Shown: positions 1-9,954, counted from the first letter of the stretch. The stretch: 56,410 nucleotides of DNA from Candidatus Yanofskybacteria bacterium CG10_big_fil_rev_8_21_14_0_10_46_23 (GCA_002771135.1 PCXO01000004.1:1-56410), one strand, 5' to 3'. The notes: generated by a model from the letters alone, not told the origin. Program-made: numbers and translations.

Positions 1-1172
1 GTCAAAATATTCTCTTCAATCAGTTCATTTAATTTCTCTCGTCCTAAGTATCGCACAAAAATTTCATTCCAAAGAGCCTCCTGCTGGTGATAAACATACT
101 TTGTCTCTCCTTTGGTCACCAGTGTCATGATTAAATCAATCAGATTATAGCTTACGTGCTCCCCCGCGTTGATCTGGCCAAAATAGTCCAAATCCAGCCA
201 CGCCTTAAAAATTTCCCCTTGGTCGCCAAGTCGATCCGCCAACCCGGCTAGATCTCGCCCCGCTTTATACCAATGTTCCGCCTCAGGGTTAACGTGGGGC
301 TCAAAAAGTCGAAAATCGGTTTGGTCCTCTTTGGCCAAATAACGCTGAACCACTCGCCAGACCGGACCAGTTGATTCCGGAATCGCACTTTCCGGTACAT
401 CACCCCGCAAAAGTGATTTCACTTGACTGGCGAAATCAGTCGTTTTGGCCGCTTTTCGGAAAAGGCTTGAGTAAAAAGGCACCTCGTTTAAATAATGAAG
501 GAGCAAGGTAAAAATCCGAGCAATCTCGCCGGGGGTATCAATCGCTAGAGGAATAACAAAAATGACGCCGAATTCTTTTAGATGGCTGACATTGTGATAT
601 TTCTTCTCAATAAATTTCTCGGCCACCTTGAGCCATCCGGGCGCTAAAATTTTTAGTTCGACAGCGCGTTCTTCAAAATCATCCGGCGTTAAGTCGTTAT
701 AGGCTTTGTCAAAAAAAGTGTGCATCCAGTCTTTATCTTGAACAAAGCGCAACGCCCCAAAAACCGAAGCAAAACCCTCTTGTTCAACTAGATCTCGAAC
801 AGCGTTGGACTTAAAATGCTCGAGGAGTCTAGCCGGCGCAAAAGTTTCTAACATCTCAATCGCCTTTTCTTTTTTGATAAAGAAACCTTTCTCCGGCCTT
901 CTTAGCTCCAGCGCGGTCTGACAAAGCAGGCCACAATTTTTGGATAATTCTAGCAGATTGGGTCGACCCAAATAGGCATTTAAAATCTCATCCAATTTTA
1001 TGATCCGATCTAAAAGGGCCTCTCTACGAGCCGGGCCACGGGCTAAATCCAGCGCTAATTGCTCAAAGACTCCGGATTGACCGGTATGCGCCGTCATTTT
1101 TTTATCTAAATCGGTGAGAATGTCCTCGGAGACACCCAAGAGATTGGCAATAATTTGGTGGGGCTGAGTCAT
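1..1172 (-). CDS. Conserved hypothetical protein, 3'-truncated by the window edge (>390 aa)
   Basis: Not in the ORF track because it has no stop in the window. Manual translation from ATG at 1172 (MTQPHQIIANLLGVSED...HNVSHLKEFG...PHVNPEAEHW...HQQEALWNEIF) is open to base 1 and starts 3 nt after the PfkB gene stop. Confidence 0.85.
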   Translation of the reverse strand, partial: MTQPHQIIANLLGVSEDILTDLDKKMTAHTGQSGVFEQLALDLARGPARREALLDRIIKLDEILNAYLGRPNLLELSKNCGLLCQTALELRRPEKGFFIKKEKAIEMLETFAPARLLEHFKSNAVRDLVEQEGFASVFGALRFVQDKDWMHTFFDKAYNDLTPDDFEERAVELKILAPGWLKVAEKFIEKKYHNVSHLKEFGVIFVIPLAIDTPGEIARIFTLLLHYLNEVPFYSSLFRKAAKTTDFASQVKSLLRGDVPESAIPESTGPVWRVVQRYLAKEDQTDFRLFEPHVNPEAEHWYKAGRDLAGLADRLGDQGEIFKAWLDLDYFGQINAGEHVSYNLIDLIMTLVTKGETKYVYHQQEALWNEIFVRYLGREKLNELIEENIL

Positions 1173-1175
1173 GGT

Positions 1176-2150
1176 CTATTCTTTTAAAACCTCCACCAAA
1201 GGCCACGGGCCCCAGTCATCTTTTCTTAAAATTCCAGCCTTCGCCCCAAATTGAGTCACCACTGAAGAGGCATTGGCGGTGGCAAATTGAATGGCTTTCT
1301 CAATGTCTTGCCGGAGAATAAATTCACTAACGAAGCCCGCACTCCAAGCATCGCCGGCGCCGGTCCGCTCGACTCGGGGGGAGTCGGGTACGCCCGCCCT
1401 ATAAATTGACTTCTTATCTGAGACAACGACACCCTTAGGACCCTTGGTCATCACCACCACCCCGGTAATCATTTTATCTAGGGCCTCAAAGATGGCTTGC
1501 TCGCTGTCAAAACTAATTCCCGTTAAATCCGCCGCTTCTTCTTGATTCATAACTAAAATATCAATCTCACCATAAATAGGTCCCAAAGTTTCAGCTCCGT
1601 GAGCCAACTCCGTTCCACCCGGGTTGGTCGCAATCTTTATCTCATTCGCTTTCGCCCAAGAAATAGTTTCTTTAAGCAAATCCAGATTCCCGCCCAAACT
1701 GCTGATGAAGAGCCACTCTGTCGCTAGGCGATCAAAAGGAATGTCAACTTGCCCCAGGTGCTCGCCTTCGCCCTTGTAACTTAAAATGGTTCGTTCTCCC
1801 CCCTTATCAACCAAAACAACGGAGTAGGCGGTAACGTCGTCAGCATGTTTTTTTATAAAACTAACATCAATACCCTCTTGCTCTAGGGTTCGAATGATTT
1901 CCCGCCCCTCCGGGTCATCGCCAACCAGACTGATACAGGCCGACTTAAGGCCTTGGCGAGCAAAAGTAGTCGCCGTGTTCGTCGCCCCCCCGCCGGTGGT
2001 GAAGACAATTTTATCAATCTTTATCTTTGAGCCAAGATTTAGGCACAACGCTTGACCGGTTTTCGAATCAGCATCAGCCTTAACTTTGACCGCATCGGCC
2101 TGGATAAAAACATCCCGCGTGGCCGAGCCGATTGAAATAATGTCGTACAT
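1176..2150 (-). CDS. PfkB/ribokinase-family carbohydrate kinase
   Basis: N-terminal GGGATNTA motif and C-terminal RTGAGDAW signature with catalytic Asp. Confidence 0.93.
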   Translation of the reverse strand: MYDIISIGSATRDVFIQADAVKVKADADSKTGQALCLNLGSKIKIDKIVFTTGGGATNTATTFARQGLKSACISLVGDDPEGREIIRTLEQEGIDVSFIKKHADDVTAYSVVLVDKGGERTILSYKGEGEHLGQVDIPFDRLATEWLFISSLGGNLDLLKETISWAKANEIKIATNPGGTELAHGAETLGPIYGEIDILVMNQEEAADLTGISFDSEQAIFEALDKMITGVVVMTKGPKGVVVSDKKSIYRAGVPDSPRVERTGAGDAWSAGFVSEFILRQDIEKAIQFATANASSVVTQFGAKAGILRKDDWGPWPLVEVLKE

Positions 2151-2152
2151 GG

Positions 2153-2623
2153 TTAAATTCTACCACTTTTATTCGGATTATTCTCTTCTGCTCGTCGAGC
2201 GCGGTCTTCGTAAAGGGTTTCAAAGTGAGCGTCGATCAAGCCTTTTTTAAGGTGGCGACGATTAAAGATCAGATAGACCAGAACAGCGATTAGTAAAAAG
2301 CTGGCCGGAGGATTGACCAAAATAGCAATGACCACCAAAATTGCATAAAGATAAATTGCCCATCGCATTGATTTGATTAAGCCATAAGCGATTAGCAGGG
2401 CAATTATGCCGGTGATAGTCCGGGAAACATAGACGCTGATTTGTTCCGTTGAGCCAAAAATATCCGTGAAAGCTGCCCCAACCAAGGAGAGCCCGCCGAC
2501 TAAGGTAAAGAGGGCAATAATTCGAATGCCGATTGGTTCGTTAGCCTTGGGTAACATCACTTGAAGCTCTTTGGCCACTTTTTCAAGTTTTTCCTCTCGA
2601 TTTTTCGGCTCTGATTTATTCAT
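2153..2623 (-). CDS. Hypothetical membrane protein (3-4 TM)
   Basis: Hydrophobic segments; abuts neighbours with 4-bp overlap and 2-bp gap. Confidence 0.75.
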   Translation of the reverse strand: MNKSEPKNREEKLEKVAKELQVMLPKANEPIGIRIIALFTLVGGLSLVGAAFTDIFGSTEQISVYVSRTITGIIALLIAYGLIKSMRWAIYLYAILVVIAILVNPPASFLLIAVLVYLIFNRRHLKKGLIDAHFETLYEDRARRAEENNPNKSGRI

Positions 2624-3273
2624 TTGTTTAAATTCCCCTTGGTAGCCCCTTGAAGAATCGCGATTGTTTCCTCCGGTGAATTCTCGGAGTCAAAAATATA
2701 ACTCCCCACAGCAAAAATTGTTGCCCCGCTTAACGTTGCCTCCAAAATCGTCTGATCATTTATTCCCCCGTCAACCTGAATTGGGATGTCCGAATAAAGA
2801 TAGTGAAAATCTTTGACCTTTTCCAAAACGTCCGGGATAAACGGGGCGCCATATTGGCCGGGCTCAACGGTCATGAATTGGATAAAATCAATCTCGCCGA
2901 TAAAGTCTTTAACCACATCGATAGGCGTCTCCGGATTTAGGGCCACCCCACAGAGTTGCTCCCCTTCTTTAATCATCTTAATCGATTCCAATATCTTTTG
3001 TGTGGCTTCTTGGTGAATGATGATTCGACTGATCGGTTTGTCGAGCCACTGGTTAATGTGATTTTCCGGTCGAGCCACCATCAGGTGGACCTCCATATCA
3101 ATGTCAGTTTCGACGTCCTCAACCGCCTCAAGACCATCAAAGGTCGTCTGCGGAACAAAGATTCCATCCATAATATCGATCTGAATTCGATCAACAAAAG
3201 GCTCAACCATCTCAACTTTCTCGCGAAAATCTTCAAAATCTTTACTGATAATTGAAGGGATAATTTCAATCAT
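2620..3273 (-). CDS. rpe: Ribulose-phosphate 3-epimerase
   Basis: QIDIMDGIFVP, EVHLMV, MTVEPGQYG and VDGGIN motifs. Confidence 0.95.
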   Translation of the reverse strand: MIEIIPSIISKDFEDFREKVEMVEPFVDRIQIDIMDGIFVPQTTFDGLEAVEDVETDIDMEVHLMVARPENHINQWLDKPISRIIIHQEATQKILESIKMIKEGEQLCGVALNPETPIDVVKDFIGEIDFIQFMTVEPGQYGAPFIPDVLEKVKDFHYLYSDIPIQVDGGINDQTILEATLSGATIFAVGSYIFDSENSPEETIAILQGATKGNLNK

Positions 3274-3274
3274 A

Positions 3275-4243
3275 TTAACCGATTAGGTTAGGAGGGGTTT
3301 CCCCGTTTAGACCGGCAATGATATTCTCTGCCGCCATAATTGACATCTTATCTCGAGTCTCCTCCGTTCCCGAGGCGATATGAGGCGTAATTATAACATT
3401 ATCCAATTCAGCCAAGCCCTCGGCCAGCTCAGGTTCGTTCTCAAAAACATCTAACGCCGCTCCTCGGATTTGATTATTTTTCAGGGCCTGAACCAGCGCC
3501 ACTTCATCAATTACCGGCCCGCGGGAGGTATTAACCAAAAAAGCCGTCTTTTTCATTAGACTGAGACGGCGCGCATTTATTAAATGCCGGGTTGAAGCTA
3601 CCAAAGGCACATGGATGGAGACAAAATCGGCTTGCGAGAGCATTACGTCCAGATTTGATTCAAAAGTCGCGCCCATCGCCACCTCAAACTCCGGGGTCGG
3701 TTCAAGATCATTATAAATAATCTTCATCTCAAAACCCCTGGTTGCGTGGTGGGCTACCCTTGATCCAATCCGACCCAGACCAACGATTCCAAGAGTTTTC
3801 CCGAAGAGGTCTTGCCCGAGTAAAAGCTTTGGGCCCCAAGCTTTATATTTCCCGCCGCGGATAAATCGATCCGCCTCCGTTACCCGATGGGCAATAGCTA
3901 AAAGCAAGGTAAAGGTGTGCTCGGCAACCGTATTGGTTAAAATCCCGGGGGTGTTAGTGACTAGAATACCTCTGGCTCGGGCCGCTTCCAAATCAATATT
4001 GTCAAAGCCAACGGCGTAGTTAGCCACAATTTTTAAGTTCGGGGCATTTTCAAAAACCGCCCCATCAATCTTCTCCGTCAGAACCGATAAGATCGCCTCG
4101 GCCTCTTTGGCCCCTCTCAAAATTTCCTCTCGGGTGGCCGGACGATCCTCGGCCTGATCATTAACGGAAACCTCATGGCCCGCTTTTTTCAGAAGATCTA
4201 AACCCGCTTTAGGAATCGGACGCGTTACAAATATCTTTGCCAT
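3275..4243 (-). CDS. D-isomer 2-hydroxyacid dehydrogenase (glyoxylate reductase/D-glycerate dehydrogenase type)
   Basis: NYAVGFDNID, GLGRIG Rossmann motif, NTSRGPVIDE, LDVFENEP, TPHIAS. Confidence 0.93.
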   Translation of the reverse strand: MAKIFVTRPIPKAGLDLLKKAGHEVSVNDQAEDRPATREEILRGAKEAEAILSVLTEKIDGAVFENAPNLKIVANYAVGFDNIDLEAARARGILVTNTPGILTNTVAEHTFTLLLAIAHRVTEADRFIRGGKYKAWGPKLLLGQDLFGKTLGIVGLGRIGSRVAHHATRGFEMKIIYNDLEPTPEFEVAMGATFESNLDVMLSQADFVSIHVPLVASTRHLINARRLSLMKKTAFLVNTSRGPVIDEVALVQALKNNQIRGAALDVFENEPELAEGLAELDNVIITPHIASGTEETRDKMSIMAAENIIAGLNGETPPNLIG

Positions 4244-4267
4244 AATCTATATAGTATTCGTTGGTTA

Positions 4268-4708
4268 TTATAAATCAATTTTTTCAATCCTTCGAGTGTG
4301 ACGCTCCTCTTGACTAAACGGGGTTTGGAGCCAAAGCCATATCGCCACTCGGGCGGTCTCTTCTTCAATAAAATTCGCCCCTAAAGACAAAATATTAGCG
4401 TTATTATGCTCGCGACTCAACCTTATAATTTCTATTTCCCCGCCATAAAAAACAGCGGCGCGGACCCCCTTAAACCGGTTGGCTACCATTGCCTCGCCTT
4501 GGCCGCTTCCTCCCAAAATAATCCCCCGATTGATCTCCGGGTCACCGGCAACCGCCGTCGCCACCAATCTGATAAAATCCGGGTAGTCATCTTCCGGATC
4601 AAAAGTAAACGCGCCAAAATCTTCAAACTTAAAACCCCACTTTTCAAGCCAGAGTTTAATCTCCGCCTTAAGTTTAAACCCGCGATGATCAGCTCCCAAA
4701 TAAATCAT
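4268..4708 (-). CDS. rpiB: Ribose-5-phosphate isomerase B (RpiB/LacA/LacB family)
   Basis: GADHRGF, DDYPD, GGSGQGE, ANRFKGVRAA, SREHNNANILSLG, RHTRRI. Confidence 0.93.
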   Translation of the reverse strand: MIYLGADHRGFKLKAEIKLWLEKWGFKFEDFGAFTFDPEDDYPDFIRLVATAVAGDPEINRGIILGGSGQGEAMVANRFKGVRAAVFYGGEIEIIRLSREHNNANILSLGANFIEEETARVAIWLWLQTPFSQEERHTRRIEKIDL

Positions 4709-5685
4709 GCTCGGGTGTTTAAATAGCTCACCGCTGAAAGTGCCGCGCAGGCCCCTTGGCCGGCGGCGATAACAATTTGTTGATAAGGGACATCGGTTAC
4801 ATCTCCAGCCGCAAAAAGTCCCGGGATATTAGTCTGGCAGTTTTTATCGACGATAATATGACCAAATTTATCCTTTGATACCTCCGCTCCGACCAGATTA
4901 CTGTTTGGGATCATGCCAATGTGGACAAAAATTCCCTGAACCGAAAGGCGCCTTTCCTCGCCCCCGCTATCAACATAGGAGAGCCCCTCCACAAAGTCTT
5001 GGCCTCGGATCTCCTTCGCTTGGGCTCCAAAGATAATCTCAACATTGCCTAACAATTTTAATTTATCAATCAAAATCGAGTCCCCCTTAAAAGCTTGGTT
5101 TTTATTTAACACGTAAACTTTTTCGGCGATTCCAGCCAACATAATCGCCGACTCCAAGGCGGAATTTCCACCCCCGATTGTCGCCACGGTCTTACCTTGG
5201 AAAAGCGGGCCGTCGCAAACCGTGCAATAACTTACCCCTTTGTTGCGAAAATTCTTCTCGCCAAGAATATCCAGCTCCCGCGGGTGCACGCCCGTGGCGA
5301 CAAGGACCGCCTTGGCCAAATAGTCGCAGGTCACTGCTTCGGTTGAAGGCTCGGAAAATTTATCTCCGGTTTTGGGGGTTTCACCTTTGCTGGTCGTTAT
5401 GCAAAAAATACCATCAGTCTGTTTTTTGACCGCCACGACTCTAACTCCAATCTCAGGCTCGACGTCGTATCGTTTAAGGTGGTTTTTAAACATCTCAGCC
5501 AGCTCCACTCCGTTGGTCTGGGGAGTTCCCGGCCAATTACCAATCTCACCCGAGGTGGCCACCTCACCCCCGAAATCTTTTGAAATTATTTTAAAATCCA
5601 ACTTTCGACGAGCTGAGTAAATGCCGGCCGTCGCCGCGGCCGCCGACCCCCCAATAACAATTAACTCGTGGACTCCCTGATTCAT
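4705..5685 (-). CDS. trxB: Thioredoxin-disulfide reductase
   Basis: GVSYCTVCDG redox motif, GGGNSALE NADPH motif, FAAGDVT. Confidence 0.92.
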   Translation of the reverse strand: MNQGVHELIVIGGSAAAATAGIYSARRKLDFKIISKDFGGEVATSGEIGNWPGTPQTNGVELAEMFKNHLKRYDVEPEIGVRVVAVKKQTDGIFCITTSKGETPKTGDKFSEPSTEAVTCDYLAKAVLVATGVHPRELDILGEKNFRNKGVSYCTVCDGPLFQGKTVATIGGGNSALESAIMLAGIAEKVYVLNKNQAFKGDSILIDKLKLLGNVEIIFGAQAKEIRGQDFVEGLSYVDSGGEERRLSVQGIFVHIGMIPNSNLVGAEVSKDKFGHIIVDKNCQTNIPGLFAAGDVTDVPYQQIVIAAGQGACAALSAVSYLNTRA

Positions 5686-5748
5686 AAGTTTATTATAGCA
5701 ATCGGATTGAACTACTCAAATTCGATCCAGAGTTGTAGAATAACAAAT

Positions 5749-7131
5749 ATGAAGAAAATGACTATTTTAACTCTGGTTATTTTATTGGGGATAAGTCTTT
5801 TTGTTCACTTCTTATATTTTGGTCACCCCATGGAAACAGTCTTTGATGAGGTTCACTTTGGAGGCTTTGTCTCCGGCTATTTTACGGGAAAATATTTTTT
5901 TGATATCCACCCACCTCTGGGAAAACTGCTCATCAGCGGCATGGGCTATCTCGGCGAAGTTAACCCCGTTCAAAATTTCGAAACCATCGGGCGAGAATAC
6001 TTGGACTCCGGCTATCTCTGGCTTCGCCTTTTACCAACATTGGCCGGAGTTTTTCTACCCTTGATTATTTATCTCTTGGCTCGCCGGCTCCGCTTTTCTC
6101 AATTGGGGGCGACTCTGGCCGGCTTATTTGTTATTTTTGAAAATTCAATTTTAACTCAATCGCGCTTTATTCTTTTGGATAGTTTTTTGCTTCTTTTCGG
6201 TTTTGCCGGCTTGCTTTTTTACTTGATCGGTCGGGACAGGGGGAAGATCGGCTGGTTTATCCTTTCGGCTCTTAGCCTCGGGTTGGCAATCAGCGTTAAA
6301 TGGACCGGGGGTAGTTTTTTGCTTTTAGTGGGGTTAATTGAGTTATTTTATCTTCTAAAAACCCGCCCTCACTTTGGACGTTGGCTCCGACAGATTATTT
6401 TATTCGGGGCTATTCCCTTTATTGTTTACAGTGGGACTTTCGCGATTCATTTTGCGCTCCTCCCAAACTCTGGCCCCGGAGACGCCTTCATGGGGCCAGC
6501 TTTTCAAAAAACTCTGAAGGGGAGCCTCTATGAGCGGGACCAGACTATTGATCCGATTAATTTCTGGCACAAATTCACGGAGCTGAATATTCAAATGTTT
6601 CAAGCCAATCAAAATCTAACCGCCGAACATCCCTACTCGAGTACTTGGGAGACTTGGCCATTTATGGGCCGGACCATTTTTTACTGGCTCGGCAGTCCCG
6701 ATGTTCCCGATAGTCAAAATTTGGAGAAGGTTCGCCAACCCAGAATTTATCTGGTCGGCAACCCGATCATTTACTGGGCCAGCACTTTGGGGATTATTTT
6801 GTTACTGGGTCTATCTTTCCTTCGCTCCAAAATTTACTTTAAAAACCCCAGAGCAACTTGGATAATTATCAGCGGATTTTTGATAAATTTTATCCCCTTC
6901 CTATTTATTGGCCGAGTAATGTTTCTCTACCACTATATGAGCGCTCTGATTTTTACTATCCTCGCTCTGGTTTATATTTTAGATTGCCTTGAAAAAAACC
7001 GAAAAGTTGTCTTTGCCTCTTGCATAATTGTCGCCATTGCCTTTTTCTCTTTCTTCGCCCCCCTAAGCTACGGAACCCCCCTCTCGAGTGAGCAGTTCCG
7101 CCAGCGAATCTGGTTGCCAAGCTGGGAATAG
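5749..7131 (+). CDS. Phospholipid carrier-dependent glycosyltransferase, PMT (protein O-mannosyltransferase)-like
   Basis: VFDEVHF (DE motif), FFDIHPPLGK, SRFILLD, GRVMFLYHY, multiple TM helices. ATG 5749 preferred because the longer ORF overlaps trxB. Confidence 0.85.
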   Translation: MKKMTILTLVILLGISLFVHFLYFGHPMETVFDEVHFGGFVSGYFTGKYFFDIHPPLGKLLISGMGYLGEVNPVQNFETIGREYLDSGYLWLRLLPTLAGVFLPLIIYLLARRLRFSQLGATLAGLFVIFENSILTQSRFILLDSFLLLFGFAGLLFYLIGRDRGKIGWFILSALSLGLAISVKWTGGSFLLLVGLIELFYLLKTRPHFGRWLRQIILFGAIPFIVYSGTFAIHFALLPNSGPGDAFMGPAFQKTLKGSLYERDQTIDPINFWHKFTELNIQMFQANQNLTAEHPYSSTWETWPFMGRTIFYWLGSPDVPDSQNLEKVRQPRIYLVGNPIIYWASTLGIILLLGLSFLRSKIYFKNPRATWIIISGFLINFIPFLFIGRVMFLYHYMSALIFTILALVYILDCLEKNRKVVFASCIIVAIAFFSFFAPLSYGTPLSSEQFRQRIWLPSWE

Positions 7132-7151
7132 ATCGGAACCAAGCCTCCCGC

Positions 7152-7388
7152 CTAACTAAGTCCCAAAAGAGAATCGATTCGATTCTTGTCAAAACCTAAA
7201 ACCAACTCGTTACCAATCTCGATAAGAGGCACGCCCATTTGGTGGCTTTTATCAAACATCTCCTGTCGTTTCTGAACATCGGTGGCGACATCGTATTCCT
7301 CGAATTCAACCCCATGCTCGGTGAAATAACTCTTAGCCATCTTGCAATAACCGCAAGCCGGAGTCGTGTAGATCTTTACTTTTTCCAT
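7152..7388 (-). CDS. Glutaredoxin/NrdH-like redoxin
   Basis: 78 aa, CGYC active site, GVP cis-Pro motif. Confidence 0.92.
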   Translation of the reverse strand: MEKVKIYTTPACGYCKMAKSYFTEHGVEFEEYDVATDVQKRQEMFDKSHQMGVPLIEIGNELVLGFDKNRIDSLLGLS

Positions 7389-7481
7389 AAAATTTTATTG
7401 CTCAGTCCTTTGACTCTTACTCTTTTGATTATATCAGACCTGTCAAATCTTTATTAAGAAGATGAAATTTATATTCGGGGG

Positions 7482-8075
7482 CTAAATTAATGATTTTAAA
7501 ACCACAAAGTCCTTTTTTAGATCATTCAACATATTTCGATTATAAACAGCTACGGCCGGATGGTAGAGGGGCAAAATCGTTGTCGACCGCTCCCCAATCA
7601 CGGTCTTGATGATCTTCCCATGAAGTTGGCCAATCGACCCGGTCTGCTCCGGACAGTTATATCTTTGAAGAATATAAGTCATCGAAAATCGGCCCAAAGT
7701 GGCGATAACCCTCGGCTCAATAATCTCAATCTGTCGATCCAAAAATGGCCCGTAAAGTTCAATCTCTTCCGGTCGCGGATCCCGATTTCCCGGCGGCCGA
7801 TCCTTTATAATATTGGCGACATAAACCTCGGCCCGAGGCAACTCGATTGAGGCTAAAAGTTCATCCAATATCCGACCCGAAGCCCCGCAAAAGGGCACGC
7901 CCGTTTCGGCTTCATTCTTTCCGGGACCTTCGCCAATAAAAATTATGTCGGCGTCGTGATTGCCTTGACCAATCACCGGTTTATAGCGATTCTCAATTCG
8001 ATACTGATATAGGGGTGACGCCTTTAGAGCGATGACCTCGTCTCGAATCTGACGCATTAAGTCGGTTCTATCCAT
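7482..8075 (-). CDS. Uracil-DNA glycosylase, family 4
   Basis: GEGPGKNE, PFCGASG, KDRPPGNRDP, HPA motifs. Confidence 0.93.
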   Translation of the reverse strand: MDRTDLMRQIRDEVIALKASPLYQYRIENRYKPVIGQGNHDADIIFIGEGPGKNEAETGVPFCGASGRILDELLASIELPRAEVYVANIIKDRPPGNRDPRPEEIELYGPFLDRQIEIIEPRVIATLGRFSMTYILQRYNCPEQTGSIGQLHGKIIKTVIGERSTTILPLYHPAVAVYNRNMLNDLKKDFVVLKSLI

Positions 8076-8094
8076 TGAGAGGATTATATCAAAT

Positions 8095-9312
8095 TTAAAT
8101 CCGGGGTCTTAAGGCTGTTCGACTCTGGCCCAGCCAAATCAAATTCAAGGCCAGCGAGGCAATCGCCCCGATAATAAAGGTCCACTGAATCGGGATAAAC
8201 AAAGCCATAACAATAAAAATACCCAAGGCCAAAATTCGGCCCAGATTCAAAGCAATCTCGTATAAAACGGTAAACTCGTCAACATAATGACCCTGATCAG
8301 CCGCTAAATTGTAGATCTCCGTTTCGAAAGGCGTATTGGTAAAAATTCGGGCAATATTGTGAAAAACCCCGATAACAAAAATATGTAATGCCGTCGCCAC
8401 AAAGATTTTAAAAATCCATCCAAGAGCGTAAAATAAACTTCCGACTTTCATGGTTCGACGGCTGGCGATTGAACTGCCATCGATTTTTTTGCCCACCAAA
8501 AGTTGGAGAAGACCCGAAAATAAAATTACCAAAGTCGAATAGAGTCCCACCTCAAAAAGATTTCCGTTTAAGATGACAAAAATAAAAACCGGCCAAACCG
8601 CAACCCCGATTGCCGTTTCTATCCCTTGCGCGAAAAAGGACAAGACCACGCTTCGCCTTTCTTTGGAAAATAACTGCCGAGTCGTCTCTCTTGGAGACCA
8701 GCGGAATTTTTCTTTAGTTCTGGGTAAGGTCATGAAAGAAACCCCGGCTAAGAGCCAGACAACGAAAGTCAGACCGAAAAGAATGTCAAAGCCAAAATAG
8801 CTAGCGATGAAACCAGCGACCAAAGGCATGCCGGCCACCAAAATGTCTTTGGTCGCGATTAAAAGGCTCACCTCTTTCCCCCGGTCTTTTCGATCTGTAA
8901 ATTTTATAAAATCAACATGATACGGAATCCAAAATAAAAACCGGAAACCAACCAAAAGAGCGAGTGCAATTGGGATTAAGCGAGCATAGTTCTCTGGCGT
9001 GACAAAATAAAACAAGCCGTAAAAAGAAGCCCCCAATAAAACACTGATTTGAAGGGCCCGCCGAAAACCAATTTTATTCAGTTTGCTCGCGGAGAAAAGC
9101 AGGAGAACAACATAGACCAGAGAGCTAACCAGAAAAAAGAGCGCCACTTTGGTAAAACTCTGGTCAAAAAGTTGATATAAAAAAATAGGCAGGAAGACCC
9201 CCACTAAACCACTGGCAATCGTCATCACGGTTCGGCCGGTATAGAGGGAAACAAAACCGCGTGAAATCCGGCTTTCAAAATAGTGATACCTTCGACTCTT
9301 AGCTTCAGCCAT
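8095..9312 (-). CDS. MFS transporter
   Basis: 405 aa with about 12 hydrophobic segments in two halves. Confidence 0.8.
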   Translation of the reverse strand: MAEAKSRRYHYFESRISRGFVSLYTGRTVMTIASGLVGVFLPIFLYQLFDQSFTKVALFFLVSSLVYVVLLLFSASKLNKIGFRRALQISVLLGASFYGLFYFVTPENYARLIPIALALLVGFRFLFWIPYHVDFIKFTDRKDRGKEVSLLIATKDILVAGMPLVAGFIASYFGFDILFGLTFVVWLLAGVSFMTLPRTKEKFRWSPRETTRQLFSKERRSVVLSFFAQGIETAIGVAVWPVFIFVILNGNLFEVGLYSTLVILFSGLLQLLVGKKIDGSSIASRRTMKVGSLFYALGWIFKIFVATALHIFVIGVFHNIARIFTNTPFETEIYNLAADQGHYVDEFTVLYEIALNLGRILALGIFIVMALFIPIQWTFIIGAIASLALNLIWLGQSRTALRPRI

Positions 9313-9314
9313 AA

Positions 9315-9569
9315 TTAAACTAGCGCGCCCTCTTCTTTCAAAAGTCTTTTTTTCTTGACCACGCCAGAATTAAAACCACCCAACCAACCCTTGGCTCCGA
9401 CAACCCGATGGCAAGGAATCTTGGCGCTTCGATTGGCATTCATAATTCGCCCCACGGCCCGACCAGCTCGCGGATTCCCGGCCTTTCCCGCGACCTGACC
9501 ATAAGTTAAAACCTGACCCCGAGGGATCTGGGCGACGATTTTTAAAACTTTATCCCGAAAACTGATCAT
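9315..9569 (-). CDS. MGMT/Ogt C-terminal DNA-binding domain protein (O6-alkylguanine repair family)
   Basis: IPRGQVLTYGQVA...RAVG...IPCHRVV; 84 aa. Confidence 0.9.
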   Translation of the reverse strand: MISFRDKVLKIVAQIPRGQVLTYGQVAGKAGNPRAGRAVGRIMNANRSAKIPCHRVVGAKGWLGGFNSGVVKKKRLLKEEGALV

Positions 9570-9609
9570 TAAAAAATTATACCATTAAGATCAGCCTCTC
9601 CCCAGCGAT

Positions 9610-9637
9610 TAGACAATAAATAAAAGAATGGTATAAT
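9610..9637 (+). promoter_or_regulatory. Sigma70-type promoter of the orphan ORF at 9676
   Basis: TAGACA-N16-TATAAT with extended -10 TG. Confidence 0.65.
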
Positions 9638-9675
9638 GCGGTCAGAACAAATCGCAACTTGATAAGGAGGACACC

Positions 9676-9942
9676 GTGAGAATCTCTACGGTAAGAAGAA
9701 GCCGGGACGGCTCTATCACTTTAGAGGTCTCTGTTTCCTTGAACGGAGCGACCTTCAATTTCGTCCGCGGACGAAAGGGCCGGCCGATCCATGTTTCCAC
9801 CGAAGGGCCCCCAAGTTTTTTGGGGACGCCTTTGTGCAAAAGATTTCAGAAACGGGCCCTGCGAAGAGCGCGGGCTATCTTCAAAGAGGTCCGGCCCTCC
9901 AACAGGCCGATAATCCAGCTCGGACTTGGGCTCACCACTTAG
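9676..9942 (+). CDS. Hypothetical basic protein (88 aa)
   Basis: GTG start preceded by AAGGAGG; own promoter and terminator; fills the gap between two minus-strand genes. Confidence 0.7.
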   Translation: MRISTVRRSRDGSITLEVSVSLNGATFNFVRGRKGRPIHVSTEGPPSFLGTPLCKRFQKRALRRARAIFKEVRPSNRPIIQLGLGLTT

Positions 9943-9953
9943 TGGGCCTTTTT
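9928..9953 (+). terminator. Intrinsic terminator overlapping the stop of the 9676 ORF
   Basis: GGGCTCAC-cactta-GTGGGCCT followed by a T-run. Confidence 0.55.
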
Positions 9954-9954
9954 G

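Noticed and set aside
5668-5748. Longer N-terminus for the PMT gene, as in the ORF track
   Set aside because: It overlaps the divergent trxB start and leaves no promoter space; the ATG at 5749 gives a normal MKK-TM start
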